DNA of 64,000 bases from Bacteroidota bacterium (GTDB taxonomy: Bacteria > Bacteroidota > Bacteroidia > Flavobacteriales_F > PHOS-HE28), in contig JAFDZY010000255.1 in assembly GCA_018266685.1 (NCBI GenBank), positions 1,488 through 65,487 of the forward strand, given 5' to 3'. Shown here in pieces: positions 1 through 9,301 of this stretch. Numbering within the stretch: the first letter of the stretch is position 1; each line of letters opens with the position of its first letter. The translations under genes were made by a program, and so were the position numbers. The notes under the pieces were generated by a model. It was given only the letters and a program-made list of their open reading frames with translations. It made no database searches and was not told the origin of the DNA.

Positions 1-420
1 GATCGGGAACTGCAATTTGGTGTGATCCTTCATGACCGCACTTCCGATACCCGGGCTTGCATATTCCCTTGACGTGGCCTTCAAGGATTGGATGCCGAAA
101 AATGAGCCGATGTAGAAGGCCGTGGCATCATTGTCTGAGGTGAAGTACTTCGCACTGATGATGCCGTCAACGGCATGAACATCCACATTGTCCATGCGGT
201 AGTTGAGGTCCAATGCCATTCCGAAGCGGGGTTCAAAATCCTGCTGGTAGGCCAGCCCCAACCCGCTAGCGAGTTGCCGGCTATTGGATAAGCCCTTCAC
301 CATTCCAGGACCGTACCCGATGGTGAAGTTGAAACCGCTCGCTTGGCCATGCGCCGCACCGCCCACGATAACGAGCAGGGTGAAGAGGCCAAGGCGGGAT
401 ATTCCACGCATCGCGTTCAT
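1..420 (-). CDS. outer-membrane beta-barrel (porin-family) protein, C-terminally truncated by the window edge
   Basis: Own translation of the minus strand from ATG at 420: MNAMRGISRLGLFTLLVIVGGAAHGQASGFNFTIGYG.... It has a signal peptide and alternating beta-strand-like composition, and resembles the neighbouring 431..1087 ORF. It is absent from the ORF track because it runs off the edge. Confidence 0.6.
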   Translation of the reverse strand, partial: MNAMRGISRLGLFTLLVIVGGAAHGQASGFNFTIGYGPGMVKGLSNSRQLASGLGLAYQQDFEPRFGMALDLNYRMDNVDVHAVDGIISAKYFTSDNDATAFYIGSFFGIQSLKATSREYASPGIGSAVMKDHTKLQFPI

Positions 421-430
421 CCCTTGTCCT

Positions 431-1087
431 TCACCAACCCATACCGTATGCCCACCCTATCGTCAAAGCTAACGCCGAGGTTTTCGCGTACGGGTTATCC
501 TTCAGCTTGCCATTGGTGGTGAGGTCCTTACCACCGCCAAGTTGGTAGCCCGCGGCCACGTACAGGTCCATGAAGCCACCGTCTGTGGCGCCGCGCAAGC
601 CCATGCGCAAGCCAATTGGGATCAGCCATTTCGACACGTTCAAACGCACAGGGGCCGACACATAATTGTAATCCGCCAAATAGCCATCACTGATCCACTT
701 CTGGGAAATGTGGCGCAATCCGAGGTAGGTGCCGATGTACACATGGGTTCCGTCATTCTCTCCAAGCGCATACTCCGTGTGGTAGTCCAAGCTCAGCAGC
801 TTTGGGGATAAACGATAGTCCGTTTGCACATTGCCGGCAATTACCGTGATGTACTTGGGTTCTGCGCGCAACGCACCGGCTACATCAAAGGTCACATCGA
901 AGCCCACGGTGAGCTTGTCGTTGAAGGTGCGGTCCACGCCCACGCCCATGCAATAGTTGCCGAAGGCAGGCTTGCTATAGACCTTGTGGCCTTCACCAAG
1001 AATGAAGCGGACAGCAGTACTCTGTGCATGGATCACCGGCAGGATGCCCACCAGAAGCATGAGAACAACGAACAGCTTTCGCATCAC
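431..1087 (-). CDS. outer-membrane beta-barrel (porin-family) protein
   Basis: Signal peptide MMRKLFVVLMLLVGILPVIHAQ, Gly/Tyr-rich alternating pattern and an aromatic C-terminus (..AYGMGW). The start overlaps the stop of the upstream protease (ATGA). Confidence 0.7.
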   Translation of the reverse strand: MMRKLFVVLMLLVGILPVIHAQSTAVRFILGEGHKVYSKPAFGNYCMGVGVDRTFNDKLTVGFDVTFDVAGALRAEPKYITVIAGNVQTDYRLSPKLLSLDYHTEYALGENDGTHVYIGTYLGLRHISQKWISDGYLADYNYVSAPVRLNVSKWLIPIGLRMGLRGATDGGFMDLYVAAGYQLGGGKDLTTNGKLKDNPYAKTSALALTIGWAYGMGW

Positions 1088-2604
1088 TTGGTGAATTCAA
1101 TGTTCAACATTTCGAGCGCCGTGGTGATGGGCACGCCAAAGCCGATTCCCTCCACACCGGTCGCCTTGATCTTCAGTGTGGCCACGCCCACCACCTTTCC
1201 ATCGTTGGTGATCAGCGGACCGCCGCTATTGCCAGGGTTGATGCTCACGTCCGTTTGAAGGTACTTGTGCCCGTCCAGCTCGCGCTTGCCGCTCATGATG
1301 CCGCGCGTCACGGTCTGCCCGAGCTTTTCATCCAGCGGTGTGCCGATGGCGTATAGCTCCTGGCCCAGCTGAACGTCAGCGTCATTGCCCAATGAAAGGG
1401 CTGGCAGGTCATTGCCGGGAACCTTGATCAAGGCCACGTCGAAATCGCGGTTCACCTTCACCACCTGGCCATCGAGCGAGAACCCTTGCTCAAAACGCAC
1501 TTTGGCGGTGGCACTGGTGCCCACCACATGGGCATTGGTGATGATGTATCCATCTGAAGTGATCAGGAAGCCGCTGCCATGGCCGTCCTTCATTTCCACC
1601 GTCACCACGCCCTTTACCAATGCCGGGATCATGGCATTGCGGTCCGCAAAGGGGATCGGTGCCGGCCTGGACAACCGGAGCAAGTCCCCCTTGGAACGCA
1701 GGATCCCCGCTGCATGAACGGCGGCAATGCGGTTGTACAGGCTGTCATCGTCCAGCAACTGGCGCGCGGCATCCTTCAAGGCATCCGTGAAAACGTCCCG
1801 GGCGTAACTCCCGTTCACCGGCCAATCCGTGCTTCTGTCCAAGGTGAACAACAGGCTGTCCTTGTCAATGCCGCTGTAAAACCGCCAAGCCATGTCCATA
1901 CGTGCATTGCCGAACACCCTGCTGCCGGACTCCTTCAGTTGCAAATCCAATCCCTTCAACAAAGGCCGCAGCACCACTTTGGCCTGCAAGGCATCCGCGT
2001 CACCCTTGGCGGTGCCCAGCCGAACGCCATGCGGCGCCACGTAGGTGTTGGCCATGCCTTCAATGATGGCCGAAGTTGCAGACTCCGGGTAACGGAGGTC
2101 GGAAAGCTCCTTGCTGTCCAACTTCAGGCTGTGCGTGCCAATCTTGCCCAATGCCGCATTGCCCTGCAACGCATTCTCCATCACCGTCACCGGCAGATCA
2201 AGCACTTGCCGGTCCACGGGGAGCGCTTTGTACAAATTCACCTTCGCTTCAGGGTATGGAAAGGAATACATGGCAGCGCTCTTTGCATCCGCGATGTAGG
2301 GTATGCCCAGCAGCATGGCATCGGCGAAGAGCACCGCATTCTTGCGGCCCGGCTTGATCTCCAAGGCCACGGGCTGGCGCCCTTCCATGCGCAGCTCCAC
2401 CGACAACTTGTCGCCTGCCGACGCGTCATACGTGTACTTGTAGGGCGTAGTGCCCGCTTCCGTTCCATTCACAAAAACAGCCGCGCCCGGAGGGGTACTG
2501 ATGATCGAGAGCGATTGGTTCCTCTTGTTGAACAGGGAGGCACAACTTGAAAGCAAGGTTGAAAAACCGATCAGCAGGAGTGGCCCCGCATTACCTTTCC
2601 GCAT
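1084..2604 (-). CDS. lipoprotein with N-terminal PEGA-like domain and C-terminal trypsin-like (S1/HtrA-type) serine protease domain
   Basis: Lipobox LLSSCAS; PEGA-like ISTPPGAAVFVNGTEAGTTPY; catalytic motifs TNAHVV and GNSGGPL. Confidence 0.85.
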   Translation of the reverse strand: MRKGNAGPLLLIGFSTLLSSCASLFNKRNQSLSIISTPPGAAVFVNGTEAGTTPYKYTYDASAGDKLSVELRMEGRQPVALEIKPGRKNAVLFADAMLLGIPYIADAKSAAMYSFPYPEAKVNLYKALPVDRQVLDLPVTVMENALQGNAALGKIGTHSLKLDSKELSDLRYPESATSAIIEGMANTYVAPHGVRLGTAKGDADALQAKVVLRPLLKGLDLQLKESGSRVFGNARMDMAWRFYSGIDKDSLLFTLDRSTDWPVNGSYARDVFTDALKDAARQLLDDDSLYNRIAAVHAAGILRSKGDLLRLSRPAPIPFADRNAMIPALVKGVVTVEMKDGHGSGFLITSDGYIITNAHVVGTSATAKVRFEQGFSLDGQVVKVNRDFDVALIKVPGNDLPALSLGNDADVQLGQELYAIGTPLDEKLGQTVTRGIMSGKRELDGHKYLQTDVSINPGNSGGPLITNDGKVVGVATLKIKATGVEGIGFGVPITTALEMLNIEFTK

Positions 2605-2708
2605 GGGTTACGATCTATGATGGGCGGCAATGTAGGCTGAACAACGGAATCCGGTTGATTTGCTTCCACCCTCACCCCGGCAAGGTGAACCCTGCACTAA
2701 CATCTCCC

Positions 2709-3602
2709 ATGAAGAACAACATCACCGCTTCGGCATTCAAACTTGCCCCGGCACCGAAGACATTCCACCTAAAAAACCACGCCACCCGCCTGGCACACAA
2801 GATCGACAAGGACGAACTGAAGAAGAGCGCGAAAGCGGATGCCAAGCGCATCGGCGAACTGCAGCAACTGCTGTACGCCGAGAACAGCCGTTCGCTCCTG
2901 CTGGTGTTCCAGGCAATGGATGCCGCGGGAAAGGACAGCTGCATGGCGCGCGTGCTGCGGTACGTAAGCCCGCAAGGCTGCCGCGTCACCAGCTACAAGG
3001 CACCAAGCTCGGAGGAACTGGACCATGACTTTTTATGGCGCCATGCCAAGGCCGCGCCCGCCAAGGGCATGATCGGCGTACACAACCGCAGCCACTACGA
3101 GGAAGTACTCGTGGTGCGCGTGCATCCGCAATTTCTCGCGGGGCAGCACCTGCATGGGACCAGCGGTGCCAAAGATCCCGGCACGGCATTCTGGGAGGAG
3201 CGCTACGGCAGTATCCGCAACTTTGAGGCACACCTGGTGCGGCAGGGCACGGCGGTGATGAAATTCTATTTGCACATGGGCAGGGAGGCGCAGAAAAAGC
3301 GTTTCCTGGAGCGCATCGAAAAACGGGAAAAGAACTGGAAGTTCAATGCGGGCGACCTGAAGGAGCGCGCACTGTGGAACACGTACATGGAGGCATACGA
3401 GTCCGCCATCCGCGCAACCGCCACGCCCGAAGCCCCATGGTACATAGTGCCTGCGGACCGGCAGTGGGAAACGCGCGCGATCGTGTGCCGGGCCGTACGC
3501 GAACAGCTGGAGGCCATGGCGCCGAAACTGCCGGCGCTGGATCAAGCCGCACGCAAGGCGTTGCCGCAGGCCGCCCGCATGCTCCGCGCGGAAAAACCCT
3601 GA
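2709..3602 (+). CDS. polyphosphate kinase 2 family (polyphosphate:nucleotide phosphotransferase)
   Basis: PPK2 Walker-like motif LLLVFQAMDAAGKD plus RSHYEEVLVVRVH. The ATG at 2709 (MKNNITAS) is preferred over the upstream track start at 2547. Confidence 0.9.
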   Translation: MKNNITASAFKLAPAPKTFHLKNHATRLAHKIDKDELKKSAKADAKRIGELQQLLYAENSRSLLLVFQAMDAAGKDSCMARVLRYVSPQGCRVTSYKAPSSEELDHDFLWRHAKAAPAKGMIGVHNRSHYEEVLVVRVHPQFLAGQHLHGTSGAKDPGTAFWEERYGSIRNFEAHLVRQGTAVMKFYLHMGREAQKKRFLERIEKREKNWKFNAGDLKERALWNTYMEAYESAIRATATPEAPWYIVPADRQWETRAIVCRAVREQLEAMAPKLPALDQAARKALPQAARMLRAEKP

Positions 3603-3650
3603 CACTGCACGCATCGAGGCCGTACGCCTTCCAAAGGGTAACTTGCACGC

Positions 3651-5426
3651 ATGTCCGCACAGACCAAACGTTGGCGCCTGAAGCCGCCCGTTGATCCGGC
3701 CACCGTGGCCGCATTAACGCACGACCGTTGCACACCGGCCTTGGCCACCTTGCTGGCCCAGCGCGCCATCCGCACGCCGGAGGAGGCGCGGGAATTCTAC
3801 CGCCCTGCGCTGTCCCATTTGCACGATCCATTCCTGATGAAGGACATGGACCGCGCCGTGGAGCGCATTGAACAGGCCTTGCGGGAGAAGGAGCCGATCA
3901 TGGTGTATGGCGACTATGACGTGGACGGTACCACCTCGGTGGCCCTGGTGTACAGCGTGCTGTCCCGGTTCACGGGCGCCATCATGCATTACGTGCCGGA
4001 CCGATATGCCGAAGGCTACGGCGTTTCCACGCAAGGCATCGACCGTGCCGCGGAACGCGGCGTGAAGCTCATCATCGCGCTGGATTGCGGCGTGAAGGCC
4101 GTGGACAAGGTGGCTTACGCCAAAGAGAAGGGCATCGACTTCATCATTTGCGACCACCACCTGCCGGGCGAAGAACTTCCTGAAGCGGTTGCGGTGCTGG
4201 ACCCCAAGCGCAGCGACTGCCCCTATCCGTACAAGGAGCTCAGCGGCTGCGGCATCGGCTTCAAGCTGGTGCAAGCCTTCGCGCAGCACAACGACCTACC
4301 CTTCAGCGAACTGGAAGCCCTGTTGGACCTGGTTGCGGTGAGCATTGCGTGCGACATTGTTCCGCTGGACGGCGAAAACAGGACCTTGGCACATTTCGGC
4401 CTCAAGCAGCTCAATTCCGGCCGTAAGCGGCCAGGTATCCAGGCGCTGCTGAACCTCTCCAACATCAACAAGGCGCTGTCCATCATGGACCTGGTGTTCG
4501 TGCTGGGGCCGCGGATCAATGCCGCCGGACGGATCGAACACGGGCAACAGGCAGTGGAACTGCTGTTGGCCCGGAACGGGAATGAAGCGGGCAACATAGC
4601 CAAGCGCGTCGATGCCAACAACGCAACGCGCCAAGGCCTGGACAAGGCCATCACTGAACAAGCACTTGGCTTGTTTGATTCCGATGCCTTCCTGCGGGAT
4701 GCATGGAGCACCGTGGTCTTCAACAAGGAATGGCACAAGGGCGTGGTGGGCATCGTGGCCTCGCGGCTCATCGAGCAGCACTACCGGCCCACCATCGTGC
4801 TCACCGAAAGCAACGGCAAGGTGGCGGGCAGCGCGCGCAGTGTGAAAGGATTCAATGTGCATGATGCCATTGCGGCATGCAGCAACTTGCTGGAGCAGTA
4901 CGGCGGCCACATGTATGCCGCTGGCCTCACCATGAAGCCGGACAACGTGGAGGCGTTCCGTGCACGCTTCGAGGAAGTGGTGCGCGCAACCCTCCCGCCT
5001 GCATTGCGCATTCCGGAGGAAGAAGTGGACCTGGAGATCGCGCTGGAAGCGATCCAACCTCCCTTTGTGCGCGGCATTGGGGCCATGGCTCCCTTTGGCC
5101 CGGCCAACATGAAACCGGCTTTCCTGACGCGCGGCGTGGTGGCCCGGGACCCGCGCACCATTGGAAATTCCGGTGACCATTTGAAATTCAGGGTCGCAGA
5201 TCCGCGCCACCCGAAAGTTGAACTCGAGGCCATCGCCTTCCGACAAGGTGATAAACTGGGGCTGTTGCGCACCGGCGAACCCTTCAGTCTGCTGTACAGC
5301 ATCGAGGAGAACCACTTCAACGGGCAGACCACCCTGCAGTTGAACGTGAAGGATATTAAGGCAGGCGTGGCGAACGTGCTGGAAAAGGACGCGTCCGCAC
5401 AACCGGAAACAGCAACTGCCCAATGA
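3651..5426 (+). CDS. recJ: single-stranded-DNA-specific exonuclease RecJ
   Basis: DHH-family motifs VYGDYDVDGTTS, LDCG and ICDHH, plus a DHHA1-like GGHMYAAG. Confidence 0.95.
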   Translation: MSAQTKRWRLKPPVDPATVAALTHDRCTPALATLLAQRAIRTPEEAREFYRPALSHLHDPFLMKDMDRAVERIEQALREKEPIMVYGDYDVDGTTSVALVYSVLSRFTGAIMHYVPDRYAEGYGVSTQGIDRAAERGVKLIIALDCGVKAVDKVAYAKEKGIDFIICDHHLPGEELPEAVAVLDPKRSDCPYPYKELSGCGIGFKLVQAFAQHNDLPFSELEALLDLVAVSIACDIVPLDGENRTLAHFGLKQLNSGRKRPGIQALLNLSNINKALSIMDLVFVLGPRINAAGRIEHGQQAVELLLARNGNEAGNIAKRVDANNATRQGLDKAITEQALGLFDSDAFLRDAWSTVVFNKEWHKGVVGIVASRLIEQHYRPTIVLTESNGKVAGSARSVKGFNVHDAIAACSNLLEQYGGHMYAAGLTMKPDNVEAFRARFEEVVRATLPPALRIPEEEVDLEIALEAIQPPFVRGIGAMAPFGPANMKPAFLTRGVVARDPRTIGNSGDHLKFRVADPRHPKVELEAIAFRQGDKLGLLRTGEPFSLLYSIEENHFNGQTTLQLNVKDIKAGVANVLEKDASAQPETATAQ

Positions 5427-5890
5427 GCGGGTCCCTGCTTCCGGTGCATGATGACGAGCATTGGATGCGCCATGCGCTGCGCGAGGCTGAACAGGCCTTC
5501 GCGGCGGATGAAATACCCATTGGCGCCGTGATTACCGCCCATGACCGCATCATCGCCCGCGGCCACAACCTTACCGAGCGGCTGAACGACGTTACGGCAC
5601 ATGCCGAAATGCAGTCCATCACCGCCGCTGCGGAACACATCGGCGGCAAGTATTTGCAGGATTGCACGCTCTACGTCACCGTGGAACCGTGCGTGATGTG
5701 CGCCGGCGCCCTGGCCTGGAGCCACATTGGCCGCATCGTCTTTGGCGCGTTCGATGAAAAAGCAGGTTACCGACGCGTGGGCAGCATACTCCTCCACCCC
5801 AAAACGCAAGTGACCGGCGGCGTGCTGGAGCCGGCTTGCGCCGATTTGATGAAGGCGTTCTTCAGGAAGAAGAGGTCGTTGGGGAGGTGA
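5423..5890 (+). CDS. tadA: tRNA adenosine(34) deaminase TadA
   Basis: CDA zinc motifs HAEM and PCVMCAGA. The start overlaps the recJ stop (ATGA). Confidence 0.9.
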   Translation: MSGSLLPVHDDEHWMRHALREAEQAFAADEIPIGAVITAHDRIIARGHNLTERLNDVTAHAEMQSITAAAEHIGGKYLQDCTLYVTVEPCVMCAGALAWSHIGRIVFGAFDEKAGYRRVGSILLHPKTQVTGGVLEPACADLMKAFFRKKRSLGR

Positions 5891-5936
5891 GTTGCCAGTT
5901 GTCCGTGGTCAGTGCAATGCACCACTGGCAACGGAC
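5881..5936. terminator. long imperfect hairpin between convergent tadA and the LolC/E-type permease gene
   Basis: Arms gttgccagttgtccgt (5881-5896) and acggacaaccagcaac (5921-5936) pair at 14/16, with an inner cagtg/cactg stem. Confidence 0.5.
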
Positions 5937-5945
5937 AACCAGCAA

Positions 5946-7166
5946 CTATCCTCCCGCCACCAAATACCTCCGGCTCAAGCTTCGCAGCGGCACCCATGCC
6001 GCCACCGTGCCGATGGCCATCACGGCGATGAAGATCATGACCAGGTCGGTCCACATCACCTCCACGGGGTAGGCATCCACCACGGAATCCTGAAGCGAAA
6101 CGAAGCCCGTCCATTTTTGCAGGGCACACAGGCCAAGGCCCGCCAACAAGCCGGCCACCGTGCCCACGCCCACGATCAACAACCCTTCCAGGAAGAACAC
6201 CAGCCGGATGAAGCGGCTGGTGGCCCCCATGCCGCTTAGGGTGCGCATGTCCTGCCGCTTTTCGATCATCATCAAGGTGAGCGACGCAATGATGTTGAAC
6301 GCGCCGATCAGCCCGATGAAGGCGAGCACCACGAACGTGAACCACTTCTCATTGGCATTGGTGGTGTACATCAGCGCGTTCTTTTGGTAACGTGTCTTTA
6401 TCGTGAACGCCTTGCCCGCAACGCCTTCCACGGCGCGCTTCAACTTGTCCGGGTCAGTGCCTGGCTTGGCCTGGAGCTCCAGCGCATTCACATCATTTCC
6501 GTAGTGGAGCAGGCCCGCCGCCAGGCCAATGGGCGCGATCAGGTACTGGTTGTCAAACTCCATGTTGATGGTGAACGCCCCGGCCACGGCCACTCGCCGC
6601 TGCTCAAAGGCGCCGGGCGAAAGCTTGCCGAGCTTGCGGCCGCGCACCAGCGCCCCGATCTCCAGCGGCTGCGTTACGCCATCATCCTTGGGTACGCCGA
6701 GGGCATCCTTCAACGCCGCGCCCAGGATCACCACCGGGCCGGTATGCCCCTCCAGTTCCGCCTTTCCGCTGTACATGTGGCCCGGCATGCCGCTCATGGG
6801 CAGATATTGCGGCTCCACGCCCTTCATGGTAGCCACGGCCTGCTGCCCGCCTGATCGCAACAACACGTTCTCCTCGATCACCCAGCTGGTGCGCTCCACG
6901 CCAGGCAGTGCCTTGATCGCAGCAAGGTTCAGGCTGTCGCGCGGAAAAGTTTTGCCGGTGGCAGGTGTGATGGTGATGTCCTGGTCGAACGGGCTGTACA
7001 GCGTGTCCACCAACTGCGAAATGCCGTTGAGCGTGCTGAGCACCACCACCATGGCTGCCGTGACCACCGCCACCACCACAATGCTGATGCCCGTGATGAT
7101 GTTCACGGCGTTCTGCTTGCGCTTGGCCAGCAGGTAGCGGCGGGCAAAGAGGAGGGGGAGGTTCAC
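5946..7166 (-). CDS. FtsX-like ABC transporter permease (LolC/LolE family)
   Basis: N-terminus MNLPLLFARRYLLAKRKQNAVNIITGISI, a large periplasmic loop and a C-terminal FtsX-type 3-TM bundle. Confidence 0.85.
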   Translation of the reverse strand: MNLPLLFARRYLLAKRKQNAVNIITGISIVVVAVVTAAMVVVLSTLNGISQLVDTLYSPFDQDITITPATGKTFPRDSLNLAAIKALPGVERTSWVIEENVLLRSGGQQAVATMKGVEPQYLPMSGMPGHMYSGKAELEGHTGPVVILGAALKDALGVPKDDGVTQPLEIGALVRGRKLGKLSPGAFEQRRVAVAGAFTINMEFDNQYLIAPIGLAAGLLHYGNDVNALELQAKPGTDPDKLKRAVEGVAGKAFTIKTRYQKNALMYTTNANEKWFTFVVLAFIGLIGAFNIIASLTLMMIEKRQDMRTLSGMGATSRFIRLVFFLEGLLIVGVGTVAGLLAGLGLCALQKWTGFVSLQDSVVDAYPVEVMWTDLVMIFIAVMAIGTVAAWVPLRSLSRRYLVAGG

Positions 7167-7224
7167 GGGGTGAAGATCGCAGCGGGATCGCTATATTCGA
7201 CTCTTGCCATGCTTTAATGGCACC

Positions 7225-7932
7225 ATGAGATCCGTGAACCCGATCACTATTCTGGTTGCGGCCCTGCTGTTTCCATCTGCACATGCACTGGGCCAATGGG
7301 AGGTCCGTGCCTATGGCGGGGCGGGTTTAAGCCGCCTCAATACGCAGATGCACCTGGCCCAGGGCCGTGATGAAGCCCAGGCCGTGCAGTACCGTTTTTC
7401 CTGGTTGCTTGGCGCCACCGCCACGCATCCGATAACGGACAAGTTGACCTTTGGCAGCGGATTGTGCTGGTCCGCCTTCAATGGACACAATGAGCTGCGG
7501 ATCCGTGGCAACTTGACCCAAGAACAGCAATGGGAATTGCAGTACGTGTACTTGCCGTTGATGATCAATTTCCGATGGCAGGGCGTACATGTGGGCGCAG
7601 GCTACCAATTTGGCGTCCCTGTGGCCAACACCATCGCCTTTACTGACCACAACGCATGGATGGGCATGGCCGACAGCCGTTCTTCCACGCACAGGCTGGA
7701 CCTATTGCGCACCGATATGGGTGTGGTGGCTGAAGCCGGTTATGCCTTTGGAGGGAAGGTTGGCGCGGGTATACGGTACTATCGGGGGCTGTGCGACATC
7801 AAGGATCATTCCGACGGAATGATGGACCCGTATTACACGGAACAATTCGCCGTGGTGCTCAGCTACTGCTTCCTTCGGCAGGCGAACACCCAACCCCAAG
7901 CTCCCGTTCCCGAAGGGCCGGAACAACAGTAG
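7225..7932 (+). CDS. outer-membrane beta-barrel (porin-family) protein
   Basis: Signal peptide MRSVNPITILVAALLFPSAHA and a beta-barrel-like pattern. The internal ATG at 7225 is preferred. Confidence 0.65.
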   Translation: MRSVNPITILVAALLFPSAHALGQWEVRAYGGAGLSRLNTQMHLAQGRDEAQAVQYRFSWLLGATATHPITDKLTFGSGLCWSAFNGHNELRIRGNLTQEQQWELQYVYLPLMINFRWQGVHVGAGYQFGVPVANTIAFTDHNAWMGMADSRSSTHRLDLLRTDMGVVAEAGYAFGGKVGAGIRYYRGLCDIKDHSDGMMDPYYTEQFAVVLSYCFLRQANTQPQAPVPEGPEQQ

Positions 7933-8742
7933 CTACTTCCACGCCTTCACGATCAACCCTGTGCCCGTGGGGTGCTTGCCGCGAACATCGAACCCGTTCA
8001 GCACGAAGGCGATCGGATAAGCGATTACGTAATAGAACGGCAGTATGATGAAAAAGAGCTTGCTGGTGTTGAGCATCAGCAGCGGCCACTTCATGCTGAC
8101 CTTCCAGCTGACCTTGCCGGGCGCACCGTAGCTGTACCGTGCTTCCACTTTGCTGAAACCGTTGCGCAGGGCCTTGGCACGGATGTCATCGATGTTGTAG
8201 CCATCGCGCACGTGCTCTTCAATGAAAGAGCCTTCTTCCTCGCCATGCACGTCGCTCCCGCCCTGGTCGCTGGGGGTGCTGATGATGAGCATGCCGCCGG
8301 GCTTGAGCGAGGTGGAATAGCAGCGCAGCGCAGCCTCATCTTCCAGGATGTGCTCCATCACGTCCACGCATACCACCAGCTCAAAGGTTTCCGGGCGCTG
8401 AAACTTCGTCACATCGCCCACTTCAAATTTCACTTGGGGCCTGCCGATCTTTTGGAAGAAGGCGTTGCAATCGGCCACCTGCTCTTCTTTCACATCGATG
8501 GCGGTAATGCTCCACTGGGGCGAGAGGCCGCTGAGCCAGTAGCTGTATTGGCCAAAGCCCGCACCTGCATCATAAACAGCCAGCTCGCGGCCCCGCTTAT
8601 CCCGGCCCCAGACCCGCAATTCCTTGTGGATATGCCATGCGCGCAGCAACAGAAGGTCCAGTAGCCGGTAGAAGAGCTTGCGCAGGGCGGGCGTACTGTT
8701 GAAGACCACGCCGAGGCGGCGTTTCACCGGATCATACTGCAT
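7933..8742 (-). CDS. class I SAM-dependent methyltransferase with C-terminal membrane segment
   Basis: SAM motif I VYDAGAGFGQYS and a post-I acidic residue. Start taken at MQYDPVKRR. Confidence 0.8.
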   Translation of the reverse strand: MQYDPVKRRLGVVFNSTPALRKLFYRLLDLLLLRAWHIHKELRVWGRDKRGRELAVYDAGAGFGQYSYWLSGLSPQWSITAIDVKEEQVADCNAFFQKIGRPQVKFEVGDVTKFQRPETFELVVCVDVMEHILEDEAALRCYSTSLKPGGMLIISTPSDQGGSDVHGEEEGSFIEEHVRDGYNIDDIRAKALRNGFSKVEARYSYGAPGKVSWKVSMKWPLLMLNTSKLFFIILPFYYVIAYPIAFVLNGFDVRGKHPTGTGLIVKAWK

Positions 8743-8787
8743 TCCTTGAATTCTGGATTGTGCGTGGCCTCCCTGGCGCCGCAAAGA

Positions 8788-9129
8788 TCATCCCTTCTTC
8801 AGCAGGTTCTCGATCTCCTCGGTGCGGTCCAAGGAATCGTCAACGTAGAAATTGAGCTCCGGCACAATGCGCAGCTGCTTGCCTACGCGGTTGCCCAGCT
8901 CCCCGCGCAGCCGGTGCCCCATGTCGCGTACATGCTGCAGCACCGCCTGCTTGTCCTTCACGGGGAACAGGCTCAGGTACACCTTGGCCAGGCCCAGGTC
9001 CGGGGTGATCCGCACGGCCGTAACGGTGATCAAGCCGCCAGGCAGCAGTTGCCGGCTGTGCCCCTGCATCACTTCGGCCATCTCCTTTTGCAGCAGGCTG
9101 TTCACCTTATTCTGCCTTATGCTGTCCAT
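8788..9129 (-). CDS. rbfA: ribosome-binding factor A
   Basis: MDSIRQNKVNSLLQKEMAEVM...VRITPDLGLAKVYLS is the typical RbfA signature and size. Confidence 0.9.
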   Translation of the reverse strand: MDSIRQNKVNSLLQKEMAEVMQGHSRQLLPGGLITVTAVRITPDLGLAKVYLSLFPVKDKQAVLQHVRDMGHRLRGELGNRVGKQLRIVPELNFYVDDSLDRTEEIENLLKKG

Positions 9130-9157
9130 GCCGCGAAGATAGACGGGCTTAGGGGAG

Positions 9158-9267
9158 CAATTTGACAATGGTTCAATTTGCCAAAAGGCCCCACCTCACT
9201 TTGGCAAATTGGCCCCTTGCCCCCTTTGGCGAATTGACTCTTTGGCGAATTGGCAAATTGAACCATT
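9158..9267. promoter_or_regulatory. array of TTGGC(A/G)AATTG motifs and nested inverted repeats in the rbfA / ABC-transporter divergent intergenic region
   Basis: caatttgccaaa (9174-9185) and tttggcaaattg (9200-9211) form a perfect 12-bp inverted repeat. tttggcgaattg occurs at 9225-9236 and 9241-9252. aatggttcaatttgccaa (9167-9184) is the perfect reverse complement of ttggcaaattgaaccatt (9250-9267). Confidence 0.5.
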
Positions 9268-9301
9268 TCATTCCTTGCCCAAATACCTTTGGCGCTTCTG
9301 C

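Noticed and set aside
2547-2708. N-terminal extensions proposed by the ORF track. Affected genes: PPK2, OMP 7204, methyltransferase 8784, rbfA 9168, ABC 9209, XRE 17385, HlyD 23365, cytochrome c 26805, membrane protein 27527, cysQ 26914, RemB-like 35798, coxIII 37982, coxIV 40446, hmgA 50108, hppD 52825 and FdsB 63706.
   Set aside because: The extensions overlap neighbouring genes or repeat elements, and lack signal-peptide or domain sense. Internal ATGs give canonical N-termini.
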